A stretch of DNA of 64,000 nucleotides from Candidatus Eiseniibacteriota bacterium (GTDB taxonomy: Bacteria; Eisenbacteria; RBG-16-71-46; JABDJR01): the NCBI GenBank assembly GCA_963783375.1, contig CAWANH010000028.1, forward strand, positions 448,001-512,000, in the 5' to 3' direction. The translations under genes and the position numbers were made by a program. Numbering within the stretch: position 1 is the stretch's first letter; every line of letters starts with the position of its first letter. Under the pieces are notes generated by a model that saw only the letters and a list, made by a program, of their open reading frames with translations, was not told the origin of the DNA and made no database searches. Positions 26,385 to 36,376 of the stretch are shown here, piece by piece.

Positions 26385-27240
26385 CCGGTACGGGGCCCTG
26401 GCCCGGGAACATCTCCAGGGGAACGCGTCTGAAACCGGATCCGGTTGCTGCGCTCCCGCGGCCGGGGAACCCGGAGCCGCCGAGGCGCCGACCGAAAACA
26501 CCGGGAACACCACCGCCGGCGCGTGCTGCGGTGGACCGGCAACCGACTCCGCCGAGGCCGCCGGGTGCGGGTGCGGCCCGGTTCATTCCCTGACCGAAAC
26601 CGGATGGGTGGCTTCGGACGACATCTACTCGGGCCCGGAGCTGGCCGAGGTGGACCCGTCGGTGGCCGCCATGAGCCTGGGGAGCGGAAACCCCATCGCC
26701 CTGGCCGATATCCAGCCCGGGGAGACGGTGCTGGACCTCGGTTCCGGGGCCGGGCTCGACTGCCTCCTCGCCTCCCGGCGCGCCGGGCCCCGAGGCAAGG
26801 TCATCGGCGTCGACATGACGCCGGAGATGATCGAGCTGGCCCGGCGAAACATCGAACGGGCGGGGGCCCGGAACATCGAGGTGCGCCAGGGGCGTCTGGA
26901 GGAGATGCCGGTGGATTCGGAGTCGATCGACGTGGTGATCTCCAACTGCGTCCTCAACCTCTCCCCGGACAAATCGACCGTACTCGCCGAGGCCTACCGG
27001 GTGCTCCGGCCCGGCGGCCGCTTCCGGGTGGCCGACATCGTCTGGACCAAGGCCCCCGATCCCGGGGAGCGCCGGGGGGCCGGATCGTGGCCGGGGTGTG
27101 TCTCCGGCGCGCTGACGGTCGGGGAGTTCGAAGCGCTCCTTCACTCCGCGGGGTTCGTCGAGGCGCGGGTCGAGGTGCCGTCGACCGGCCATGAAGGTCC
27201 GTGGGTCAACGCCGAGGTCTCGGCCCGGAAACCGCGCTAG
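26341..27240 (+). CDS. arsM: Arsenite methyltransferase-like SAM enzyme
   Basis: SLGSGNP, VLDLGSGAGLD, GVDMTPEM, ISNCVLNL.PDK, W.GCVSGAL, Cys-rich N-terminus. Confidence 0.85.
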   Translation: MKESNPRKIQDAVADRYGALAREHLQGNASETGSGCCAPAAGEPGAAEAPTENTGNTTAGACCGGPATDSAEAAGCGCGPVHSLTETGWVASDDIYSGPELAEVDPSVAAMSLGSGNPIALADIQPGETVLDLGSGAGLDCLLASRRAGPRGKVIGVDMTPEMIELARRNIERAGARNIEVRQGRLEEMPVDSESIDVVISNCVLNLSPDKSTVLAEAYRVLRPGGRFRVADIVWTKAPDPGERRGAGSWPGCVSGALTVGEFEALLHSAGFVEARVEVPSTGHEGPWVNAEVSARKPR

Positions 27241-27709
27241 ACCGATCGGTCCGGAAGACCGTCGCCCGGACCCCCCGATCCGGGAAGCCCTGGGAGGCCG
27301 GCGGAGGACCCAGACTCTGCCGGACCTCCGGACCCTCATCGCGTTCGCGAACTCCCCAACCCGCTAATTCGGCCCCGCGCCTTGAGTTGAGAATATAGCC
27401 AGTCAAATCCTTTCAAATCATAATTATCTTGATCAAATTAGTCCGTTGGTGTTGAATGGGACCATCGGGTCGGACAGGGAATTCCCCCGCCCCCGATCTC
27501 TCCACCCCCGGAAAACTACAGGGATGGACGCGCCTTGTGCTGAAACGTGATTCACTCGATCACATATGTCCTTTAACGTCGCCCTCCGGAGCAAGTTCTC
27601 CGCGCCCGACTCGCCAGGCGCTCTCCCTCTCGTTCCCCCGTTCCCCAGGATCTTCAGCCGCCCCGGTTTCGCGACCGCCTTCGCTCCGATCCGGGTCGAG
27701 GAGGTGCCC

Positions 27710-30700
27710 ATGATCCGCAAACTCGCTGCCAGCATCTTGACCGTATCGACCTTGGTACTCCTCTCCATCCTCATCCTCCCCTCCCCGGCGGCGGCGCAAA
27801 CCGATCCGGTGCCGGAGATCATGGACTGGGTCACCGACCCGGCCGCGGGGACGGTCCACTTCCAGGTGCGCTGGCGAAACACCGATCAGGTCGATTCGAG
27901 CCCGGTATCCGGCTCGATGTCGTCCCAGCCGTTCGGCGTGTACCAGCAGAACTACGGCGCCATCGGGGACTTCAGCGTTCCGTCGCTGGCCCCGGACAGC
28001 TTCTTCGACGTCTTCTTCGACGTGGCCCTCGCCGACCTTCCTCCCGCACCGGAGAAGCGACTCCCCGGCGGCGGTCCGGCGGCGGCTCCAGGGGTGATGG
28101 CGGCGGCCGATACCCTCCCCTGCCCGCCCGATGACCACTGGGACGGGAATGTGGACGTGAGCTGGACCGGCCAGGGAACCGCCGGCCAGGTCGGGGTTCA
28201 CTACGGCTCGATCCTCCTCTGCCCCGGAGCCGGCGCGTCCTATATCCACGTACGGCCCCTGATCTGCGGGGCCGCGGGTGGAGTGAGTTGGCAAATCACC
28301 GATCTCTGCCCGGGATTCAGCGCCACCCTGGTGAACGAGGACTACACTCCGGCCCCGGCCGCCCTGCCCTCGGGATGGTCCGGCTGGATCTGCGTGACCG
28401 CCAGCGCCGCGGTGCCCGTGGGGCAGGAGTGCTGCCCCCGGGTCAAGTTCGACTGCGGCGGCGAACCCGCCGAGATCACGCTCTGCGCCCACACCTGTGA
28501 CTGGGCGCCTCCGGGCCCCGACCCGGTGGTCACGGTCTCCGACTGGACCACCGACCTCTCGACGGGAACGGTTCACTTCCAGCTTCACTGGTCCAACCCG
28601 GACCCGACCTCCTCGTCGCACCCGATCGCCGGGACCATGTCTTCCCAGCAGTTCGGGGTCTTCCAGTCGAACTACAAGGAAATCGGCACCTTCGACGTTC
28701 CGTCCCTCGCTCCGGACAGCTTCTTCGACGTCTTCTACGACGTGGCGCTCGCCGACCTCCCGCCTTCGGCGGAAGAAGTCCTCCCCGGAGGCGGACCGTC
28801 CACCGCGCCGGGGGTGACCGGCGCCGCCAGCTCTCTCTGTCCTCCCGACGACCACTGGGACGGAAACGTGGACGTCGAGTGGACCAACGGCAGCGACTCC
28901 GCCCAGGTGAACGTCCACTACGGCACCCTCCTGGTGTGTCCGGGGGCGGGAGCCTCCTACATCCACGTTCCCTTCCTGGGTTGCTTCGACGACGCCGGCA
29001 ACCCCAGCGGCGTGAGCTGGCAGGTCTCGAACCTCTGCCCGGGTTTCGGCGGGGTCCTGGTCAACGAGGACTACTCCCCCGCCCCGGCCATCCTGCCTCC
29101 GAACTGGTCGGGCTGGATCTGCGTGACCGCCGACCCCTCGGTGGCCATAGGAACCCAATGTTGCCCGAAGGTCACCTTCATCTGTAACAACCAGCCGGCG
29201 GAGGTCACCCTCTGCGCCACCGCCTGCGATTGGAGCCAGGAAGAGCCGACCCCGGTCCCGCAGGTTCTGGACTGGACCACCGATCCGGCCACCGGGCTGG
29301 TGCGCTTCCAGGTGCGGTGGCACAACCCGGACCAGACGGCCAGCAGCCAGCCGGTCTCGGGTTCGATGTCCTCGCAGCCTTTCGGCGTCTTCCAGTCGAA
29401 CTTCGGCGCCATCGGCACGTTCAGCGTGCCTCCGCTGGCGCCGGACAGCTTCTTCGACGTCTTCTTCGACGTGGCGTTGGGCGATCTCCCGCCCCAGCCG
29501 GCCACGATCCTTCCCGGCGGCGGCCCCGCCGCGCCGGGGGTGACCGGCGCGGCCCGGGACGGAGATTGCCCGCCCGACGACCACTGGGACGGAAACGTCG
29601 ACGTGGAGTGGGCCGGCACCGGCGCCCCGGCCCAGGTCAACGTCCACTACGGCACCCTCATGGTGTGTCCGGGGGCGGGGGCTTCCTACATCCACGTCCC
29701 CTTCCTGGGTTGCGTGGATCCGAACGGGGTGGCCTGGCAGATCACCAACCTCTGCCCGGGGTGGAGCGCCACCCTGGTCAACGAGGACACCACCACCGCC
29801 GCGCCGGCCGCCCTGCCGCCGGAGTGGTCCGGCTGGATCTGCGTGACCGCCGACGCCAGCGTGGCGGTGGGCACGGAGTGCTGTCCCATCGTGACCTTCA
29901 CCTGCGGCGGCGTTCCGGCGGAGATCCGGCTTTGCGCGACCGCCTGCGACTGGAATCCCCAGGCCCCGCCGCCGGTGGTCACCGTGCCGGACTGGACGAC
30001 CGATCCCGCCACGGGGACGGTGCACTTCACCCTGCACTGGGAGAACCCGGATCCGGTTTCGTCCTCCCACCCGATCTCGGGCACGATGTCGTCCCAGCCG
30101 TTCGGCGCGTTCCAGCCGGACTTCGGACCCATCGGCACCTTCAACGTACCCTCGCTCGCGCCGGACAGCTTCTTCGACATCGAATACGACGTGGCCCGGG
30201 CCGATCTCCCGCCCCCACCGGCCACGATTCTCCCCGGCGGCGGACCGGCCGCGCCCGGGGTGACCGGTCTGGCCGACAACCCGAACTGCCCGCCGGACGA
30301 CCACTGGGACGGAAACGTGGACGTCGAATGGACGCAAGGCGGGGTGCCGGCCCAGGTCAACGTCCACTACGGCACGCTCATGGCCTGCCCGGGTGCGGGA
30401 GCTTCCTACATCCACGTTCCCCTCCTCGGATGCACCGACGACAACGGCCTGCCTGCCGGGGTGACCTGGCAAATCGGGAACCTCTGCCCGGGCTGGAGCG
30501 CCACCCTGGTGAACGAGGACACCACCACCGCCGCTCCGGCCACCCTGCCGCCGGGCTGGACCGGTTGGATCTGCGTGACCGCCGACGCCAGCGTGGCGGT
30601 GGGCACCGAGTGCTGTCCCACCGTGACCTTCGACTGCAACGGCGAGCCCGCGGTGGTCACCCTCTGCGCGACCGCCTGCGACTGGGACCCCCAGGCCCCG

Positions 30701-31717
30701 ACCCCGGTGGTCACTATCCCGGACTGGACGACCGATCCCGCGACGGGGACGGTGCACTTCACCCTGCACTTCGAGAACCGGGACCCGGCTTCGTCCTCGC
30801 ACCCGGTCACGGGTTCGATCTCGTCCCAGCAGTTCGGCGTCTTCCAGCCGGACTTCGGACTCATCGGAAGCTTCAACGTGCCCTCGCTGGCGCCGGACAG
30901 CTTCTTCGACATCGAGTACGACGTGGCCCGGGCCGACCTCCCGCCCCAACCGCAGACCATTCTCCCCGGTGGCGGTCCCGCGGCCCCGGGGGTGGGGAAT
31001 GCGGCCGGCGCCAACCAGGACTGCACTCCGGACGATCACTGGGACGGCAACGTCGACGTGGTCTGGGGGATTCCTGGCACGGCGGGGGCCCAGGTCAACG
31101 TCCACTACGGCACGCTCCTGGCCTGCCCGGGAGGCGGGGCGTCCTACATCCACATCCCCGCACTCCAGTGCAACAGCCAGCTTCCGATCACCTGGCAGGT
31201 CGGCAATCTTTGCCAGGGTTTCACGGGCACGCTGGTGAACGAGGATCTGTCCCCGGCCCCGGCGAACCTGCCTGCGAACTGGACCGGGTACATCTGCATC
31301 ACCGCCGACGCGACCGTGCCCTCCGGTATCCAGTGCTGCCCCACGGTGACCTTCACCTGCGACAACCAGCCGGCGGAGATCACCCTGTGCACCAGCACCT
31401 GCCTCTGGGCCACAACGGGCACGCCCCCCGGAGACTTCAACTCGAACTTCGCCGTCCGGGCGAGGACAAACCCGATCCTCGGATCGACCACCTTCGGGTA
31501 CGTCGTCCCCGAGGCGGGCACCGCCGAGATGGACGTCTTCGACATGACCGGGAGGCTGGTCCGCACGCTGTACTCGGGACCGGTCGAGCCCGGCACGGGG
31601 ACGATCGCCTGGGACGGGCGCGGCGCATCGGGTCGGTCTCTCCCCGCGGGCGTCTACCTGGTGAGGCTCCGGCTCAACGGGAAGTCCGTCACCCAGAAGG
31701 TCCAGCTGCTGAAGTAG
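27710..31717 (+). CDS. Secreted 1335-aa Cys-rich five-repeat protein with FlgD-Ig/T9SS-like C-terminal domain
   Basis: RBS GAGGAGG, signal peptide ending AAA-Q, five units of about 240 aa, tail NP...VFDMTGRLVRTL...WDGR...G..LPAGVYLVRL. Confidence 0.9.
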   Translation: MIRKLAASILTVSTLVLLSILILPSPAAAQTDPVPEIMDWVTDPAAGTVHFQVRWRNTDQVDSSPVSGSMSSQPFGVYQQNYGAIGDFSVPSLAPDSFFDVFFDVALADLPPAPEKRLPGGGPAAAPGVMAAADTLPCPPDDHWDGNVDVSWTGQGTAGQVGVHYGSILLCPGAGASYIHVRPLICGAAGGVSWQITDLCPGFSATLVNEDYTPAPAALPSGWSGWICVTASAAVPVGQECCPRVKFDCGGEPAEITLCAHTCDWAPPGPDPVVTVSDWTTDLSTGTVHFQLHWSNPDPTSSSHPIAGTMSSQQFGVFQSNYKEIGTFDVPSLAPDSFFDVFYDVALADLPPSAEEVLPGGGPSTAPGVTGAASSLCPPDDHWDGNVDVEWTNGSDSAQVNVHYGTLLVCPGAGASYIHVPFLGCFDDAGNPSGVSWQVSNLCPGFGGVLVNEDYSPAPAILPPNWSGWICVTADPSVAIGTQCCPKVTFICNNQPAEVTLCATACDWSQEEPTPVPQVLDWTTDPATGLVRFQVRWHNPDQTASSQPVSGSMSSQPFGVFQSNFGAIGTFSVPPLAPDSFFDVFFDVALGDLPPQPATILPGGGPAAPGVTGAARDGDCPPDDHWDGNVDVEWAGTGAPAQVNVHYGTLMVCPGAGASYIHVPFLGCVDPNGVAWQITNLCPGWSATLVNEDTTTAAPAALPPEWSGWICVTADASVAVGTECCPIVTFTCGGVPAEIRLCATACDWNPQAPPPVVTVPDWTTDPATGTVHFTLHWENPDPVSSSHPISGTMSSQPFGAFQPDFGPIGTFNVPSLAPDSFFDIEYDVARADLPPPPATILPGGGPAAPGVTGLADNPNCPPDDHWDGNVDVEWTQGGVPAQVNVHYGTLMACPGAGASYIHVPLLGCTDDNGLPAGVTWQIGNLCPGWSATLVNEDTTTAAPATLPPGWTGWICVTADASVAVGTECCPTVTFDCNGEPAVVTLCATACDWDPQAPTPVVTIPDWTTDPATGTVHFTLHFENRDPASSSHPVTGSISSQQFGVFQPDFGLIGSFNVPSLAPDSFFDIEYDVARADLPPQPQTILPGGGPAAPGVGNAAGANQDCTPDDHWDGNVDVVWGIPGTAGAQVNVHYGTLLACPGGGASYIHIPALQCNSQLPITWQVGNLCQGFTGTLVNEDLSPAPANLPANWTGYICITADATVPSGIQCCPTVTFTCDNQPAEITLCTSTCLWATTGTPPGDFNSNFAVRARTNPILGSTTFGYVVPEAGTAEMDVFDMTGRLVRTLYSGPVEPGTGTIAWDGRGASGRSLPAGVYLVRLRLNGKSVTQKVQLLK
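27803..31408 (+). repeat. Five intragenic tandem repeats of about 720 bp
   Basis: Units start at 27803, 28520, 29249, 29969 and 30701. Invariant motifs include LAPDSFFD, DDHWDGNVDV, ASYIH and LVNED. Confidence 0.95.
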
Positions 31718-31749
31718 CCGGGTCGGACCGGCGCTGACCCCATGACAAG

Positions 31750-31784
31750 GCGGCCGCCCTCGAGAGAGGGCGGCCGCTCCTTTT
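31750..31784 (+). terminator. Intrinsic terminator between convergent genes
   Basis: GCGGCCGCCCTC-GAGA-GAGGGCGGCCGC-TCCTTTT. Confidence 0.8.
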
Positions 31785-31801
31785 CCCGCCTCGATACCGG
31801 G

Positions 31802-33196
31802 TCAATCCATCATGAGGGCCCGAAACCCCGGCGATCTCTCCATTGCGGTCACCGCCGCCGCCATCTCCGGGCTCAGCCACCAGGCCCCTGCCTTTCCGGA
31901 GGTTTGCAGGCGGCGGAAGTCCACCCCCAGGATGCCGCTCGCGTCCACCGGCGGGATCGAGGCGCCGTAGCCCCGATTGATCGTCTCGATGAACGCGTCG
32001 GCCACCATGACCTGCCCCACGTCGGTGGGATGGAAGCCGTCCAGGCTGAAGATCCCCCCGGTCACGAACGTTTCGTCGTAGTGGATCCCGCCCAACGCAA
32101 ATCCCTCCGTCTTGACCCGGTTGAAGAGCGCGCTTACGTCCACCAGCGGAAGGTCCCGGCTTCCCGCCTCGTCGGCGATCACCCCGTTCAGGTCGTCGAC
32201 CCGTTGCTGAATGGTCCGGATCTCGGACCGATTCAGCACCACCGCGTCGGGAAGGGGAATGCCGTTGGCCCCCGGAATTCCCGGAGGAAGCCCGTACCCC
32301 TGTTGCAGGAGGGGAATGGCCAGAATGGTCACGAAGTCCCCCGTCGTCCCCGGACCGGGAAGGGCCAGGGGACCGTCCGGACCGATGAGGGGAATGAGCT
32401 GGCCGGTCAGGGGGTTTCGCACCGGGAGACTGGTAGAAGGGTCCACCACGAAAGGGGGGACCGTGGTCACGAACGGCACCGCGGTCAAATCGGGAACGTT
32501 GGCCACGACCATGCCGGGATGGGTGGGGATGGCCAGGAGCTGGTCGAGCAGGGTCTGGAAGTCCGCCCGGAACGAGGCCACCGGGGTGAGCTTGTCGATC
32601 GTCCCCTCCCGCGCCGCCCCCAGGACGTCGTTGGGTCCGATCCAGAGCAGGATGAAGGTCGGCTGGAGCTTCGCCGCCTGCTGCAGAATCGTCCCCTGGC
32701 CCCGGAGGATCAGGTCGTAGAGCGGGTTCGAGGCCTTGGTGACGGTGTTGAGCACGTCGCTCACGTTCGCTCCCGGCACCGCGAGCTGGTTGTAGGGCGC
32801 GGGATACCCGGTGTTGAGCGGGCTTCCGTGGATCTGGATCTCCACGATGGTCGGGGGAACCAGGGATACCAGATCCAGGGTTCCGGGAGAGCCGGGCGCG
32901 CCGTAGCCTGGGATCACGTACTGCCCGGTCTGCGCGCTCCCCACGTCCTGGGAGAGGATCTCCTTCCCCATCTGGCCGGCCACCAGCGCGGCATAGGAGC
33001 GACGCTGGTGGATCTCATTCAGGCCGTTGTTGGAGAACCCGGCGGTGAGGCTGTTCCCGATCGCCACCAGGCGGGTGAAGTCCGCCCGCCCGGTCTCCAC
33101 CGGCGGGGTCTCCATGGGTTGGATGTCCGCGCACCCGGCGACCAGCATCGGGATCGCCAGCGCCACCGCGATTCGCACGAAGTCTTGACGTCGCAT
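31802..33196 (-). CDS. SGNH/GDSL-family lipase lipoprotein
   Basis: Lipobox VAGC, AIGNSLTAG, N.LAVPGA, WIG.NDVL, FSLDGFHP. Confidence 0.85.
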   Translation of the reverse strand: MRRQDFVRIAVALAIPMLVAGCADIQPMETPPVETGRADFTRLVAIGNSLTAGFSNNGLNEIHQRRSYAALVAGQMGKEILSQDVGSAQTGQYVIPGYGAPGSPGTLDLVSLVPPTIVEIQIHGSPLNTGYPAPYNQLAVPGANVSDVLNTVTKASNPLYDLILRGQGTILQQAAKLQPTFILLWIGPNDVLGAAREGTIDKLTPVASFRADFQTLLDQLLAIPTHPGMVVANVPDLTAVPFVTTVPPFVVDPSTSLPVRNPLTGQLIPLIGPDGPLALPGPGTTGDFVTILAIPLLQQGYGLPPGIPGANGIPLPDAVVLNRSEIRTIQQRVDDLNGVIADEAGSRDLPLVDVSALFNRVKTEGFALGGIHYDETFVTGGIFSLDGFHPTDVGQVMVADAFIETINRGYGASIPPVDASGILGVDFRRLQTSGKAGAWWLSPEMAAAVTAMERSPGFRALMMD

Positions 33197-33220
33197 GACG
33201 GCTTCTCCTCTCCGCAAGTA

Positions 33221-34501
33221 CTAATACCGGTAGCCGAGGGTGAGCCCGGCGACCTGAACGCCGTTGGCGTAGGTCCCCTCGAATCCGTCGCGGTTGTCGC
33301 TCCCGGTGTTCCGATCGGGGATGATCAGATAGAGCCCGAAGATGTCGGCCCGCAGCCGGCCCCAATCCTTCCCCAGGCCGACGCTCAGCCCGGTGCGGTT
33401 GTTGTCCGGGAGGAGCGGGCTCACCACCGAGGCCGGCTGGGGAGTCTCGTCATAGTAGTAGCCGAGTCGAAGGTCGAGGTCCTCCCGGAGCGCGATCTCC
33501 GCTCCAAACCGGTAGAAGAAGACGTCGCTCCAGTTCTCGGTCAGGACCTGGTTCAGCGAGGTCTCCTCGAAACGCAGGGGTAGGCGGTCGAAGGACGACC
33601 ACTGGATCCACCCCAGATCCGCTTCCGCCGAGAACCGGGGCGAGGGGGTCACCCCCAGGGCCAGAACCAGCGAAGCTGGAAAGCCCAGATCGGTGGACGC
33701 CGGCTGGTCCTTGGGGAACAGATCGGCCAGGACCGGATCCAGTTCGGTGCCGGTCCCGGTGAAGGTGAAGTCGGCGTTGCCTTGGTAGGTGATCGACACC
33801 CGGCTTCGGTAGTTCATCCCCAGGGTGATCCCGGGGCGGAGGTCCGCCTGGAATCCCAGATTGACCCCGTAGTCCAGATCGTTGCTGGCGGTGAGCACCA
33901 CGGTCCCGGGATCGAGGACCAGGGGTTCGGTTCCCCGTGGGTTCGCCTCCCCGACGTGACGCCTGAGCTCCAGGCTGGAGTGGACGGCCATGACCCCCGC
34001 TCCCACGCGGAACCAGGAGGCGGGCGAGACCGCCACCGTCGGATTGAAGTAGAACGGGGTGATCGAAGCCTTGGTGGAAATGAACCGGCCCGGGAACTCG
34101 TCCGGGTTCTTCCATTCCGTGGTGAGGCCGAAGGGGTTGTATACCCCGAACCCCACCACGAAGTCGTCGCCCAGCCGCTCCGCCCAGTAGACGTGAAACG
34201 GAAAGAAGGCCTGGGTCGGAGACTTGGCGTGGACTCCGTACCCGGGGTAGGGGTTCATTCCCGCGAACTCCCGGGAGACCACGATCATGCTCGTTCCCCC
34301 CAGGATCTCCCCGTTCTCCACCCGGGCCAGTCCGGCGGGATTGAAAAAGATCCCGCTGGCGTCGGCCACCCGGGCGGTGTACGCGCCCCCCTGGCCCATC
34401 GCCCGCCCCGCCTGCTCGTAGAGGCTGAAGCCCGCGCCCTCCGCGACCGCCGGAACCGTGAGCCCCACCGCCATGACGAACGGCAGCCATCTCGTTCTCA
34501 A
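33221..34501 (-). CDS. fadL: FadL/OmpP1 outer-membrane long-chain fatty-acid transporter
   Basis: AGFSLYEQ, DAS.IFFNPAGL, PFGL.TEW, terminal LGYRY. TTG start after AAGGAG. Confidence 0.88.
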   Translation of the reverse strand: MRTRWLPFVMAVGLTVPAVAEGAGFSLYEQAGRAMGQGGAYTARVADASGIFFNPAGLARVENGEILGGTSMIVVSREFAGMNPYPGYGVHAKSPTQAFFPFHVYWAERLGDDFVVGFGVYNPFGLTTEWKNPDEFPGRFISTKASITPFYFNPTVAVSPASWFRVGAGVMAVHSSLELRRHVGEANPRGTEPLVLDPGTVVLTASNDLDYGVNLGFQADLRPGITLGMNYRSRVSITYQGNADFTFTGTGTELDPVLADLFPKDQPASTDLGFPASLVLALGVTPSPRFSAEADLGWIQWSSFDRLPLRFEETSLNQVLTENWSDVFFYRFGAEIALREDLDLRLGYYYDETPQPASVVSPLLPDNNRTGLSVGLGKDWGRLRADIFGLYLIIPDRNTGSDNRDGFEGTYANGVQVAGLTLGYRY

Positions 34502-34564
34502 AGTGAACTCCTTTCCCAAGCCGGTCGACAGCGCAGGATCGGGTGATCGACCGTGAACCGCCGC

Positions 34565-36376
34565 CTATCTCTCCCGATTCACTTCGGAGTTTCCTCCGTA
34601 GAGCGCATCGATCTCATCCCGGAAGCGTTCCGAGATCTCCTTCCGGCGGACCTTCAGGGTGGGAGTCAGCTCCCCACCGGCCACGGATAGATCCCGGTCC
34701 AGGAGATGGAATCGCTTGATGGTCTCGTAGGAAGCCGCATCGCGTTGGTGACGGTCTATCCGTCGCCGGATGAGATTCACGACCTGCGGATCTCGCGTCA
34801 TGTCGGCGCGATCCACGACCTGGATCCCCTTGTAGCGAACGTATCGCTCCAGACGCTCGAAGTTGGGCACGATGATCGCGGTCAGATAGGGACGGCGGTC
34901 CCCGAGGATCACCGCCTCGGTGATGAACTTGTCCGTCTTGAGTTCGTTCTCGATCGGTTGGGGGGCGACGTTCTTCCCCCCCGCGGTCACGATCAGATCC
35001 TTCTTCCGGTCGGTGATGATCAGAAATCCGTCCTCGTCCAGGTGTCCGATGTCCCCGGTGTGGAGCCAGCCGTCGGCCAGGGTCTCCGCGGTGGCATCGG
35101 GCTGGTCGTAGTAGCCCAGCATGACGTTGGGACCGCGAGCCAGGATCTCCCCGTCCTCGGCGATTCGGATGTCCACCCCGGGAAGGGGCTTTCCCACCGT
35201 GCCGAATCGGAGGTCCTTGAAGGTGTTGACCGCCAGGACCGGCGAACTCTCGGTGAGGCCGTAGCCCTCCAGGATGGGGAGTCCCGCGGCGTGGAAGAAC
35301 TCGGCGATTTCCCCGGCCAGGGGGGCGCCGCCGGAGATGAAGAACCGCAGCCGCCCCCCCGTCCGCCGGCGCAGCTTGGAGAACACCAGGCGGTCGGCGA
35401 CGGCGAAACGGAGACCCAGCCAGGACCCGACCGGCGCGCCGGCCAGGAGACGCCGGGAGCGCTCCATGCCCACCGACCGAGCCCAGAAGAAGATTTGCTT
35501 CTTCATGAACCCGCTCCGGGTCGCGCTGTCCAGGATCCGCCCGTAGATCTTCTCGTAGAGCCGGGGCACGCTCACCATCACCGTGGGCTGCACCTCCATG
35601 AGGTTCTCCGATACGGTGTCGATGGACTCGGCGTAGGCGATGGTGGTCCGCGCCTGGTACATGCAATAGAGCCCGGCCATCCGCTCCAAAATGTGGCTCA
35701 AGGGAAGGAACGAAAGAGAGGTGTCGGTGTCCCGGAGGTCGAACACCCGGAGCCCGGCCGCCACATTGGACAGGATGTTCCGGTGGCTCAGCATCACCCC
35801 TTTGGGAGGGCCGGTGGTGCCGCTGGTATAGATCAGGGTGGCGAGGTCCTCGGGTTTCGCCTGCGCCGCGCGCCGGGCGATGAGCTCCGGCTCGGCCCGC
35901 CCGAGGCTCCGCCCCCGCTCCCGAAGATCCTCCAGGCTCAACGCCCCCTCCACTTCCCCGGCCCGGTCGAAGACCACCAGGAGGAGACCGGGATCGTCCC
36001 GGCGGAGCCTTTCCGTCTTGGCCGCCTGGTCGGGATCGGCGGCGAAGATCGCCCGCGCCCCCGAATTCTGAAGGATATAGCGCACCGAGTGCTCGGTGAG
36101 GCTCGGGTAGACGGGGACGGAGATCAGCCCGGCGGCCAGGATTCCCAGATCGGCCACCGGCCACTCGAGTCGCGTCTCGGAAAGAATACCGATTCGGTCG
36201 CCTGTCTTCAGACCGCAAGACACCAGGCCGAGGGCGACTTCACGCCCCATTCGCCCGAACTCCTCCGCCGGAACGTCCCGGTAGGCGCCTTCGGACTTGT
36301 GTCGAAAGGCGATACGGTCGGGTTGGGCCTCAATTCCCTGAAGATAGAGCTCGAACAGCGTCCGCGGTTCTGCCAA
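34565..36376 (-). CDS. fadD: Long-chain fatty acyl-CoA synthetase
   Basis: YTSGTTGPPKG, FLPLSH..ER, EGYGLTE, TGDIG, DRKKD, ELTPTLK. Confidence 0.93.
   Translation of the reverse strand: MAEPRTLFELYLQGIEAQPDRIAFRHKSEGAYRDVPAEEFGRMGREVALGLVSCGLKTGDRIGILSETRLEWPVADLGILAAGLISVPVYPSLTEHSVRYILQNSGARAIFAADPDQAAKTERLRRDDPGLLLVVFDRAGEVEGALSLEDLRERGRSLGRAEPELIARRAAQAKPEDLATLIYTSGTTGPPKGVMLSHRNILSNVAAGLRVFDLRDTDTSLSFLPLSHILERMAGLYCMYQARTTIAYAESIDTVSENLMEVQPTVMVSVPRLYEKIYGRILDSATRSGFMKKQIFFWARSVGMERSRRLLAGAPVGSWLGLRFAVADRLVFSKLRRRTGGRLRFFISGGAPLAGEIAEFFHAAGLPILEGYGLTESSPVLAVNTFKDLRFGTVGKPLPGVDIRIAEDGEILARGPNVMLGYYDQPDATAETLADGWLHTGDIGHLDEDGFLIITDRKKDLIVTAGGKNVAPQPIENELKTDKFITEAVILGDRRPYLTAIIVPNFERLERYVRYKGIQVVDRADMTRDPQVVNLIRRRIDRHQRDAASYETIKRFHLLDRDLSVAGGELTPTLKVRRKEISERFRDEIDALYGGNSEVNRER

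Noticed and set aside
27560-31153. 1197-aa antisense ORF and many other long overlapping ORFs (for example 16382-18730, 53155-55431)
   Set aside because: Shadow frames expected at high GC3; the opposite frame carries the recognisable protein.
27803-31408. Diversity-generating retroelement acting on the repeats
   Set aside because: No RT or template repeat, and differences include indels rather than adenine-specific substitutions.
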